From contig NC_058368.1 in assembly GCF_018350175.1 (NCBI RefSeq), forward strand, positions 165,852,001 to 165,916,000: 64,000 bases of DNA. The letters run 5' to 3'. Under the pieces are notes generated by a model that was not told the origin of the DNA, did not search any database, and worked only from the letters and a program-made list of their open reading frames with translations. This DNA is from Felis catus (taxonomy: Eukaryota). Of this stretch, positions 41,519 to 52,814 are shown one piece after another (within the stretch, counting starts at the first letter, position 1; each line of letters opens with the position of its first letter). A program made the position numbers and the translations under genes.

Positions 41519-41741
41519 GGGGCGCCTGCGTGTCTCAGTTGGTTAAGCGTCGGACTTCGGCTGAGGTCATGATCTCACGGTTGGTGAGTTCGAGCCCCGC
41601 ATCAGGCATCTGTGCTGAGCGCTCAGAGCCGGGAGGCTGCTTCAGATTCTTGGTCTCCCTCTCTCTCTCTGCCCCTGCCCTGCTCATGCTCTATCTCTCT
41701 CTCAAAAATAAATAAACATTAAAAAAAATTCTTTAAAAAAA
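41519..41741 (+). mobile_element. CanSINE
   Basis: TSD atgaacgcatgca. Confidence 0.92.
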
Positions 41742-43156
41742 GATGAACGCATGCAAGAGACAACGCGTCTGTGTGTATGCGTGGGGGTGCTTTAAAGGGA
41801 TAAGAATTTCATACCTACATTTTTTCTATTCTTCAATTCTGTTCACTCAGGGAAAAGGAGAACATAATGCTTGACACCATTTTCAGATCAAAAGCTAGTA
41901 CTGTACATTTCAATTATAAGCAATCACTACAAGGATGAATTGAAATATTTAAAATTATAATGGAATAAGGCAAATTTGTAACATCTGAATAAAATCTTTT
42001 CTGCAATATAATTTAAGAAGAAAATTACTTATAATTCAAACTATAGATAGAAATAGGTATTTTGAGTGATGGAATAATCTTATCTAATTATTTGAATATG
42101 ATGACTTTATCTTTGATTATACTTCTTCTATTTGTCAATAAGAAAAACAAGAATAATCCTCTAAACCACCAGTTTGTGACTTCTCTGACTTCTATTTTTA
42201 AATCAGATATTTTTCTCAGTAATATGTAAGCCAACCTCTGTCTTTCTTCTTACCTATCCTCATTTCAGCTTCTTAAAGTGCTAATTACTTGGAATGAAAT
42301 AAAAGAAGTAATCTTCCCATTTCTTCATAATTGTCTCAAGCACAAAAAGATTTCTAAAGCCCACTGATGTCCTTTTTAAAAAGTTTTAAGTTTAATTTTT
42401 AGCAGACTAAAATGTTATAATTCAACATAAAAATATTGCTAGCAAATTGATTATATAATCATAATACTCGGAAATTTCCTTACATATAGTCCAAATTAAT
42501 TACATTAATCCATGTTTTATATGTGTAATATATAAATAGTCCAAATTAATAGTCCAAATTAATTACATTAATCCATGTTTTATATGTGTAATAACTATGT
42601 AAATAGGAATAGTTGTGTCTCATGTGAAAAAAAAAGACAGTTCTGTCCTTGAGAAAAAAAAATAACAAAGTATTTATGTACTTTTTATTGAGTATGCAAC
42701 CAATCAAAGCTTGCAAGGTATATCATCCTCAACTTTCCCATGAAATAATCTTAAACTATTTATAAAAAGAAAATACTGTCACCTATATTTGCAAAGGAAA
42801 AGCAAGTGGAAACCATAGGCAACATGTGGAGGCTCTTCATCAATGCATCATCAAGGCAGACGCCTTTTCTTAAGCAGTCTACCACATTCTCTATCTGAAA
42901 CAAAATTGAGCAAACTACCTCAAAGGAAGGAACAATTTATGTCATATTCACTGTCAGTATTTAAACACAAAATATACTATTTTAAAGACCATCTCTCAGC
43001 TATGGAAATTACTGTTTAAGGGAGAAAAACCATTCCTATTCTTCTCCCATGCACATGATCAGCTCCAGTCTCATTCCAAACATTCAGAGGTATAATACTA
43101 AGTACCATATGTGACAGTGAGCGGAGAGAGACAGATACTCTGAAGTTCTTTTATAG

Positions 43157-43232
43157 TGACATACAGGGGAGAGGGATAATCTTTTGAACACTGTGTTCAG
43201 AAAACAACTTGAAACTCCACTGGAGTCTCTAG
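43157..43232 (+). pseudogene. Pseudo-exon (phase 0->1): *HTGERDNLLNTVFRKQLETPLESL
   Basis: ttcttttatag acceptor, consensus AG|gtaagt donor. VFRKQLETPL resembles recalled MFRSPGTLEILTPL. Confidence 0.6.
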
Positions 43233-44063
43233 GTAAGTATTTGTAGAAGGGGAATATATACTTTTGGGAGACAGGGTCAATAAAATTGTTGGAGATTGCA
43301 TGTTTAACAACTAGAGGTACAAAATTAGGTTAAGAGAAGCAATTTATGAATGCTCCTATTTACACCTAGGTGGTTGAGGTTAAGTAATAGAATACTTAAA
43401 TCAAAACACAATTTTGTACCTATTGGGTCCCTATTCTCCACTCACGCACCAGCAAACTGTACCAAAAATGAAAAAGCTAATCCCTACATACGTATAGAAC
43501 TGCAAGGGGCCCCAGACAGCCAAGAAAAACACATTGAACAACAACAACAACAACACGTTCAATTATTAAGCTCAATTATTAAGCTGTACGACTCAAAACA
43601 GGTGGTCAGAGTGTAAACATACACAGAGACCAATTGAAAAGAACTGAGAATACAGAAATAAACCCAAACATATATGGTCAATTGATTTAAATTTCATATA
43701 ATTTTCACATGTGACAAGATATTCTAGCTCTTTTAAGCTATTTATAATGCAAACATCATTCTAAATTACAGGCTATACAACCATATATGATGGGCTACAG
43801 TTCGACGAGTCTCTAATTTGATAAGCTTCAAAAAACCATTCGGATGTTTTTATGTATTTTAAATAGTTGATTCATCCTAATTATGATGAAATGCTGTATC
43901 CAGAAATAGAAATTACTACTCTTCCTATAAATTATTAATTCCAATTTTATTTCTTTCTTTGTAGTTTGTTTACCATTCTATTATTTCACATTCTCTCTCG
44001 CTTTATATTCCAAGTTATAATCCTATTGGTTTTACTTTCCTCTAATCTGTTTAATGTTTTCAG

Positions 44064-44122
44064 AGAATTTCTTATTCCAGAATTTCCTGTACCATTCTTG
44101 CAACAATGTACGGACACTAAAA
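44064..44122 (+). pseudogene. Pseudo-exon (phase 1->0): ENFLFQNFLYHSCNNVRTLK
   Basis: tctaat branch plus tgttttcag acceptor (alternative AG at 44079-80), AAA|gtagga donor. Cys placed as in recalled AFDFQKCLVNIQAL. Confidence 0.5.
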
Positions 44123-47100
44123 GTAGGAATTATAAAAAATAATTCAGATTCTCTTTCCACAAACAACTTAAAAAAAAGTAGCATTATAAGTGGATTCTTT
44201 TTTATTCTAATCACTAAGGAAAAGAGAAAATCATTTAGGATTGATACAACTGCAAAAGTTCATATTCAAAACATCCATTCTGGAAGAACAGATACTTTTT
44301 TTTCTAATCACACATGTATGATCTGCACCTAAGAGACTTGACATAAAGCAAATGATCAAAATGTTTACTGTCATGGTCACTTTGATGTTTTTTTGATTAC
44401 ATCTCCCAAATTCCAGAATAGGTGAGAAGAGACATGTTAAGAAAGAACTTTACTATAGACTTCTCAAGGAGGCAATGCCTCTTAATTTAAGGCTGGAAAG
44501 GAAAAACTACCTGAAAAGTACCTAGCTGTCTCTTAAATACTCTGGTGCAAAGAAAATTAAGTTCTTTTAATGGAAAGTATACATTTTTCAGAAAATCAAA
44601 GGTATGACTGAGTTTCTCTAGTTTAAGTTTTGTTTGGTCTAGAATAAAATAAGGATTTCATACAACACAAATACTCATCAACAGAACAAAGCATATCTAA
44701 GATGCTCTAGTAACTAATGCAATCTTAGTGTCTAAAAAAAAATATCTACATTACAGCGAGGTAAACAGAGTCAAAATCTCCACAAATGGTTTTTGTGCTG
44801 GTTGTTGTCTTTTGTGTTTGTCCTTGCCAGAGACATTTTTTTTTTACACAAAAATGAATAGTCATAAATTCACTGATCAATTAAACCCACTTATTTCCTC
44901 CCTCTCAACAGAAACTTCACAGTGCTCCCAGGGGGACTATTTTTATAGCTGTGCTACCTCCTTTAATGAATAAATTATGAAGTTTCCAAAGAATGTCATA
45001 CAATGTAAGAGTAAAACAAAATATTTAAATTTTGAACCATTATTGTTACCAGTGCTACATGTTTTTCAAAGACGGGACATTCGTATATTAACACCAATGC
45101 GAATCATTACTAATTACAGAACTGTGGTTAAATAACTGATACGGAAAACCACATATATTTGTCTTCCTCAGAGACACTTAATATGTGCATCAAGAAGGTG
45201 CATAATGAATAAAATGCCCTCTAGTGATTACAAAGATTTTTTTCTTCATACTTGAGTAGAAGACAATGACTATGTAGATGGATCATAGGTCAGATTCTGC
45301 AAATAGTTCTGAGGTTTGAAGCAACTTTGTCTATCCAATAACTTTAAGTAGAAACTCAAAAACTATAAAGTCTGTAAGTAATGAGGGACCAGAATAAGTG
45401 CACACATCTAGCCAGCTGGAGTCAGATGTCAGATGCCAATTGCCAAATGCATTATATTCTGTCATGCTGTTTTTGAATCTTACTTTACGAAATCGTATAT
45501 GTGAATATTTCACATGGAAGGTAGTAAACAAATGCCAGAAAACATGCAAATGAGGCATTCCCAAAAATTAGGGAGGATTTAATCGCTTCAAGCTATTCAT
45601 TTTAAGAATCACAGTGGTAATCAAATGTAAATTATGAAATTAAAAGCAGTTAATACATATTTGAAATATGTACATATACTGAAAAAAGATACATACGTGA
45701 TAGTGTTATAAGTGAGAGTGACAAAGAGAGGAAATGCAAGAATACAGACTGTTTGAACAGTATATTAATGTGGTTTATTTACCTGGAAAGTAGAGAATAA
45801 TCAGGAAAAGGACAGAACTTATGAAATACATCAATCAGCTGAGTTAGTGCTTCTTGAAACATGGTATTACACCCTAGAACTGGAAAATGTAAGAATATAA
45901 TTTTTTAAAACTACCCAATTTAGCATGAAAGAAGAAATACAGAAGTCAATAAAGCAAACAATAGCATAAATTTCCTAAATATGTCATCAGTTACAGACCA
46001 AGAATACATTCCTTTTAAGAAATAATGAAGAAAATGCATCAATAAAATAGATGAATAGTGATAGGAAACATAACAAGTTGGAGGGAGAACACATAAAGAA
46101 GACTATCTTTCATGTAAGCAAGAGATAAATTATTAAAATTCCAGGTTACAATTGAGATAAGTTAGTGCAACATATTTTTATTAAAAAAAACATTTTGAAG
46201 GAACTAGTTTATTAAAAGAAAAGCCACAATGTTAAATCAACAGTAGAGAATGTATAATCAATTAAGTGAAAATTGGTTCAGAAAGCCAATATAAGATAGA
46301 TAAAAGATGAAACTAAGACAGCAATCCCTGGCCTTGCTTCAGTAATGAGAGAGAATTCACTGAGCATTAACAAAATAGGGAAATCTTGAGATGAAACTAA
46401 AAAGTGAAAGACAATTGCCAAAGATGTAGAAAGTCAAAGCTTCTCTCCCCTTATTTGTCCAAGAATGGCTCAGTGGAAGGCTTCCTGACAGATCTGGGAG
46501 GGGTGAGAAATCAGTGACTTGATTACCTTAATAATTCTCTTGTATATAATGCAGGGGAGACTGTCTACTGAAAAACTGTAGGCTGCACCTCCTCAGCTTT
46601 TCTAGGAGGACATCCACAAAATCTCAGACATCAGTCCCAGGCAGGTAGGAGTCAGGTGCTAGAGCTTGAACATCTATGTAAGTAAAGTCACCTAAATCCC
46701 ATTTGGCCACACCCTTCATATGCCGTGATCCCAGAGTAATGGTTTTCTGCAGAGGTGCTTATTTATTTCAGTGACTCCATGTCACAGTAACTACAATAAT
46801 GCTTTCTTGTAAACTGAAAAATTCACTAGCCCATCATGTGGAGAGTTATCCACTTAAGGAATATATTTGACAATCTTAATGGAAAAGAACAATGGCAGGT
46901 ATAGACATGGAATCGAAAAGGCCTAGATGACAAGATGTATTTTTACAAGAAACATAACTCCATTTTCCTTTCTTCCAGTTTTTTTTCAACACTGGAAAAA
47001 AGGGAGGAGAAAGAAAACATAGTTCCTATATTGTACCATTTTCCCCCATGACAAGTGAATTAGACCAATGCTATGACCTCCTTTTCATACATACAGAAAC

Positions 47101-47229
47101 TAGAACTAATAGGAGCTAAAATGACTAAGCTAGTATTTGCTAGTAAATGGGTAGTTGAAACCCAGGTGGTTCTACTAGTAGTCCAATCAGCTAAGATGTT
47201 GTTAAACTCACAGAGACACAGACAAGCCT

Positions 47230-47450
47230 TGTGGAAAAAGCAGTGACTTTGAAGCTGGACTGCATGGTTGCAACCCATATCAGCCACATAACTTGGCAAA
47301 TTGCCAAACTGCTGTTTGTTTCTTATTTTGTCATCTGTAAAATGGGAATAATGAGTCTGATACCATAGGGAATTTTATGAGGATTACATTATCATTTATA
47401 AAAACTAAGAAGAATGCCTGGCGTATAGCAAGTTCTGTATGTTTGTTAAG
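47230..47450 (+). mobile_element. MIR
   Basis: catctgtaaaatgggaataat core. Confidence 0.7.
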
Positions 47451-47782
47451 TAATTTGTCATCTTTTTAGCTGCATGAGTGATATCTGCTTATGTTGAAAA
47501 GCAAAACAGAAAATATTTGCTCTATATAATTCACTAGCTAAATACTAAATTCTATTTGATTTTTTTTTTCTTTTCTTGACCACCTACTATATGGTTCCAC
47601 ATGCATATATACGGGAGGTTGGTCTTTTGTAATCTGACATGAGTCTCAGGAACAATTGAAAGTAGGCATCATTTTTCTGGAAATCTTGGACAGTATAAAA
47701 AACCAATAGTCAAGAAATGTTTTATAGCATGATCACATTGTTCATCCTCTTTATGTTATTCCCATTTTTGTAAGTTCTGTAG

Positions 47783-47837
47783 CTGATGGATTATGCATGG
47801 AAAATAGAACACAATATTAACAATATCCACAGTCCAG
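47783..47837 (+). pseudogene. Pseudo-exon (phase 0->1): LMDYAWKIEHNINNIHSP-G
   Basis: ttctgtag acceptor, CAG|gtgtct donor. Spliced to 47962 it gives HSPGTSLT, like recalled PQPGTSLI. Confidence 0.55.
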
Positions 47838-47961
47838 GTGTCTTTGATGTTGAAATATCCCCTGAGAGTGCTAAGAAAAGTTTGTGAATCGTTTTTAAGT
47901 ACTGATATAATATCTCATTCATCAGATGTCTTGATGTCCCTTCCTTTTCCAAATTTGTCAG

Positions 47962-47979
47962 GCACTTCTTTAACATTCA
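47962..47979 (+). pseudogene. Pseudo-exon beginning G-TSLTF (3' end uncertain)
   Basis: Good acceptor ttccttttccaaatttgtcag, weak donor gtatta at 47980. Confidence 0.4.
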
Positions 47980-48792
47980 GTATTACTCCATCATTCTACT
48001 TTCTTCTTTATATAGAAGAGCATCCCGTATATTACCCTTATTGGGTTATTGTTTGTATTTGAGATGATATAAGTAAAGAATGGGCAAAAGCTGAAGAATG
48101 TTTATTCAAATTAATAAATAATATTGTCAAACTGCATTCCGGGTTATAATTATGATCCTCCTCAACGATAAATAAATCTCTGCTTTCAAAACTAGGTAAT
48201 TCCCTATTGTCTTCTGGCTTTAGTCCATTAACCCCTTCCTGCATGATTTTTCAAACTCCTTTAAGGGGAAAAAATAAATTAGTGACTTCAGGTAAGCTTT
48301 CACCATGATCATTATTTAACATATGATTGCTGTCATCATGGCCCATGTCTATTTCAGAGGTGGTTACCTTACAATATTAAGTCTGCAAAACATCCTAGTT
48401 CATTAGTTCTAGCCAAAAGAAAGACTTGGTTCATTAGTCTGAGGAATTAACTAATCCATCATACACAGTAACAGAAAAACTGGACCTCAATTGCTATTCT
48501 TTCTTGTACAAATGATCATTTCACTCTAATTTTATCTATCCTATATTTATAACCAATTATTTTATACCAGTTTGCAGTTGATTCATGAAAAGCTTATTCT
48601 TATAACAAAAACTTGAGCCTTGATTAATATTTTACATATAATTCTACTCCACTTTTTGTTATATACCAAATACTCTACATTGAAACTTTACCCAACATTC
48701 TTAAAGGATGACTACTACTCCATGTGAAGCTGAACAATCTCCTTAAGCCTCACTTCACTCTGTTGTAAAATGTGATAAAGAGATAACTTATA

Positions 48793-49010
48793 GGGGCGCC
48801 TGGGTGGCTCAGTCGGTTGAGCGTCCGACTCTGGCTCAGGTCATGATCTCATGGTCCGTGAGTTCGAGCCTCACGTCCAGCTCTATGCTGACAGCTCGGA
48901 GCCTGGAGCCTGGAGCCTGCTTTGGAATCTGTGTCTCCCTCTCTCTCTGACCCACCCCTGTTCATGCTCTGTCTCTCTCAGTCTCAAAACTAAATAAACA
49001 TTAAAAAATT
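48793..49010 (+). mobile_element. Feline SINE inserted into MIR-like sequence
   Basis: ggggcgcctgggtggctcag head, duplicated gagcctg. Confidence 0.92.
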
Positions 49011-50099
49011 TTTTTTTAAATTTATATATCATAGATTTAGGTGTGAAAAAGTGAAATAATATCCCTCACATAATATTTGCATAAAGTAAATGCTCAAAAC
49101 ACTAAATACTGACAAAAATATTAAACAATCATAATTTTATCTAAAAATACTCAAAATATGTACTTAACTGTAGAAAAATGAATAATACAAAAAGCTGCAA
49201 TGAAGAATATGTATCTATGATTTCCTTAGTGATAAACATAACATTTTTTTATGTTTTGATCTTAGGCTTATTTGGAGGGAAGCTATGCTTGTGTTCAGCC
49301 ATGTATATTTTTACTGACACAAATACATGTCTATGTGTGCATATACCTAGCTGCAGTTATAACTAGATGTGTATATAGTCATTTAATTAAATTAAGGTCA
49401 TAGAGTATTAACAAAAATTATAAATATATATTTGATCAAACATTATATCATAAAAACTTACCTTGTAACTAAATATTATTGAAAATTATAATTTAAATAC
49501 CTGCACATTATTCCTATGATGTGGATGTATCAGAATTTATTAATTCAATGTCCTATTATGATGACTGTGCTTTATTTCCATTATTAATTATTACAAGAAA
49601 CCCTTCATTGGAATAATTTGTATATAAGTTACTTATAAATTGCCATTTATTCCCTACGTTCTTTTCCTGAATATATGTGGATGTTTTTTTAATTAATTTT
49701 TCTGAAGAGGGGGGTTATTGTAGTCATAATAATAGATTTTTTTCAGAGCAAAAATGGATTTTGAGAGGTCATTTATTGCAAAACTATGATTTTACAGTTA
49801 AGGTAACCAATCATCAGACATCTGAGAGGCTTGCTCAGGGTTATGCTGATACCAAGTGCATAATTCATATAAAAGTCTGGCCTGTTGACTACCAGAACAT
49901 TCCCTGATCTTGCCCCTGCACAACATTCTTCAAAAATATTTCAGAGTTATTTAAGTAAATATATGGCCTTTCTACTTTTCTAAATTTGACCTTAGATAAA
50001 ATCTTTTGTTTAACTTTTAATTCAAGAAGATACATTTTTCACTTCTTCAGTCTCATGAAAAATTGATATTTTTCGATTTTAAATGTGCCTGCCTTAGAG

Positions 50100-50234
50100 G
50101 TCTGCTTTCCAATCCATTCTGAGGACTTGGTTACACATGATTTATCTTCTTGCTACAAGAATTTCCTCCTTTAAAGATAAGTATCATTATCCAGAAGTAA
50201 AGAATGCCCAATTATCACTATGGATTATGCCAAG
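50100..50234 (+). pseudogene. Pseudo-exon (phase 1->1): LLSNPF*GLGYT*FIFLLQEFPPLKISIIIQK*RMPNYHYGLCQ-G
   Basis: Acceptor at 50097 or 50099, strong AAG|gtaagc donor, in phase with the next exon. SNPF.GLG and HYG resemble recalled SNPHSLG and HWG. Confidence 0.65.
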
Positions 50235-51301
50235 GTAAGCAGATAAACTAAAGTTTGAATTATTACATCATTTTACAGCTGTTATTTTACGTTTCTAGTG
50301 AGCTTCAGGGTAAAGGTCAGTGGCAAATGTGACTGATATTTCCCTTTCCCCCAGTTCTAGCAGAACGTCTTAAACACTGGAGTAAAACAATAATATTTGT
50401 TAAATGAAATTATATTAATTTTGAGGAAGAATTTATTTTATTGCCAAATTTGAAGTAAAATTAAAACACAGATCAAGTGTTTTTATATTTTAATTCATTT
50501 TAAAAATTAGACCAAAGAAACTGACAATGAAATTAAAAATGAAAACAATTTATACAACTTCTGTTTACAAATTTTCAAATTATATGCCCAATTTGTTCAT
50601 AAAATATCATTTTGCAGGGTGCAGAAATTAGAAGGCTACACATAGGCATACAGTTTGTCTATCCATTTGAAGAAACACTTTGACTTTAATGCTTAAGAAG
50701 ATAACATATTTTCATTATGCAAGATTTTTCAAAAAGAAAATGTCTCAAAAAATACCTTGAACTAACTTTCTAAAAAACATATTTATTAATTAACATCAAT
50801 ATTTTCTCAGGTATTGGTATTTTAATATATCCAATGCTAGTTTCTTTTGTTTTTAATTTTCCTTTGTTTTTAATTTTCCCATATCCCCACCTTCTTCATA
50901 ACATTGGATCCTCTCTATTTTTGATGTATAGGAGTTGTTTTCATTCCAAATATTAATAGTTTCACTAAGGAAATATAGAAATAAAATTTGAAAAAACATT
51001 TCATATTAATTTATTCTGTAAATAGTACCTTTATTTTCAGTTGCAAACAACAAATCTGTTGTATATTTTTTGGACTGAAGTTTTTGAAGCCATAGAAGTA
51101 AAGATACACCACCATATCATAAATAGCTTTTGGAGAAACAACAATCACTATAACCCCCAACATTTCACAAGAACAGAATGTTTTCAGATACAGCTACTAT
51201 ACAGAGTTAACTAACCTTCATATTAAATGCATTTATTTTTCAGTGATTTCATTAACATTTTTGAAACATAGTAATTTTCTTTCCTGTGTCATTTTCCCTA
51301 G

Positions 51302-52027
51302 GCTCTGAATACACCCAACATGTTTTAAAAGAAAACCCAAAAGATTCTATTTACCTCATATTTGAAGATAATAAAATTTACTCTGAGTTGAAAAAATAAT
51401 TGAATTTTATATATTTAATGTGGACAAAAATGATGGGTACATTTACAGAAATCTGATAGAAATTTCAGATATATTTATAAAACTGATGCAAGAAATACAA
51501 CCATTAAGGTTTGGAATAAATTGTACTAATCCAAAATGGACTGTGGCTTAAAGCATTACAACTTTTCCTCTTTTAAAATTGATCGAAGGTCATCTAAGGC
51601 AATTTAATTTCCCTGAGAATTAAAATTCTGGATGTGGTATTTGTCAAGAAGCTTAAAGCTTCTAGAGTTTTCTATCAAATCAAAAGGGCATTACTGCTAT
51701 TCTTTGTTTAAGGAGAGCATACCTTCTCAGATTTTTATTGTTTTCAAGGCTATATTTCTGATTCTATTGTCATAAAGTACTCTGATACATGGGTTCTGCA
51801 ATCTATAAATTAATAAATAATAGTGCTCGTCTAACCACAGGCGCCAAGGCTTCTCTGTAGCGTTTGTTTCCTAGAGTATATTCAGCACCCTCCTTCCATT
51901 ATTGCAGATGCTATTTTAATTAAGTGGCAAATATTAAGAGGCAGATAATCTTCCAGGGTGATGACAAGGTCTATCTATCACCATTTTATTCTAGAATTTC
52001 AAAGTGATTACCATTTGGGTCTGTATA
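51302..52027 (+). pseudogene. Long pseudo-exon (~726 nt) encoding the C-terminal extracellular region
   Basis: Strong acceptor ttttctttcctgtgtcattttccctag, TATA|gtaaga donor. Across frameshifts it reads SEYTQHVLKE, CGQK.WVHLQ, KMDCGLKHY, FVKKLKASRVFYQIK/GHYCYSL, SVCFLEY, KWQILRGR (51922-51945), collinear with recalled CATSPERD/E. Confidence 0.65.
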
Positions 52028-52814
52028 GTAAGAAAGAAAGAACTGATATGACTACCAAAAAACAGGTGCTGACTGCTGTTAGCATTGCCACTGTGACAGG
52101 AATAAGACAGACTAAATGCATCCCCTTTCACAGCTATAACTTAATGAACAAACTTTCACATTACATTTTATCAACAAAATGAGAAGATACCAGGTTCATG
52201 TTTAGGTATAAAATATGACTATCAAGCCAAAGTCTTGATTGGAGTGCCTGGTTACATTAATATTGAAATAACGACACTGAACTTCTTTAAAATTAGGCAG
52301 GATATAATAATTTTCTTTTCAGAATCCTGGTAGGAACACAGATATTCTTGGGCATTAGCCATTGCTAATTTAAGTTCTCATGTAAATGCACCTGACTGAT
52401 GTTGGCAAAAATACCTGGAAAATTATAGGGCATCATTTTCAATCAAACTAAATCCCCAATAAAACAACATACTATGTTATGAAAAACATGAACATAAAAA
52501 TATATATTATCCAGCTTTCAGTTAGGCCAGTATTACATGTAATGTAAGAAATGTGAATAATCTATTCATAATCAAATGTTAACAATAACACAAGAAAATA
52601 TTTCTTACTTTGGTATGCCTATATTTCATTAGAATAAGTGATGTGATCAGTACAAAATCTCTCAATTCTGAAATAAAATTAGAGCTTATCTTCAAGACTT
52701 AAGTAAAATAACTTAATAGAAGTACCTTAGCCAATCAAAGCAGCAAAATATTCATAGCTTGCCATTGATTTAAAGGAATAGTGAGTTTCTATAATTATTT
52801 TATGCCTAGAGTTG

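Larger units (their letters stand above)
4244..52027 (+). pseudogene. Multi-exon unprocessed pseudogene, CatSper auxiliary subunit delta/epsilon-like (divergent paralog; signal-peptide and TM exons not confidently seen)
   Basis: About 15 AG..GT-bounded segments in non-repeat DNA, with runs of compatible phases. Translated motifs are collinear with CATSPERD as recalled from memory. Many in-frame stops and frameshifts. Family assignment needs an HMM/tblastn check. Confidence 0.65.

Noticed and set aside
47838..47961. ORF 47838-48062 (KYPLRVLRKVCESFL...) as coding
   Set aside because: Better explained as a 124-nt intron, since splicing it out yields SPGTSL. Not fully excluded.
50098..50234. Fully open alternative frame RSAFQSILRTWLHMIYLL...LWIMP suggesting an intact exon
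   Set aside because: It ends in phase 2, which does not join the SEYTQHVL frame of the next exon. The stop-containing frame carries the family-like motifs and the right phase.
4244..52027. Calling the gene CATSPERD or CATSPERE itself
   Set aside because: Only short scattered motifs match, far below what a mammalian ortholog would show. Gene symbol left blank.
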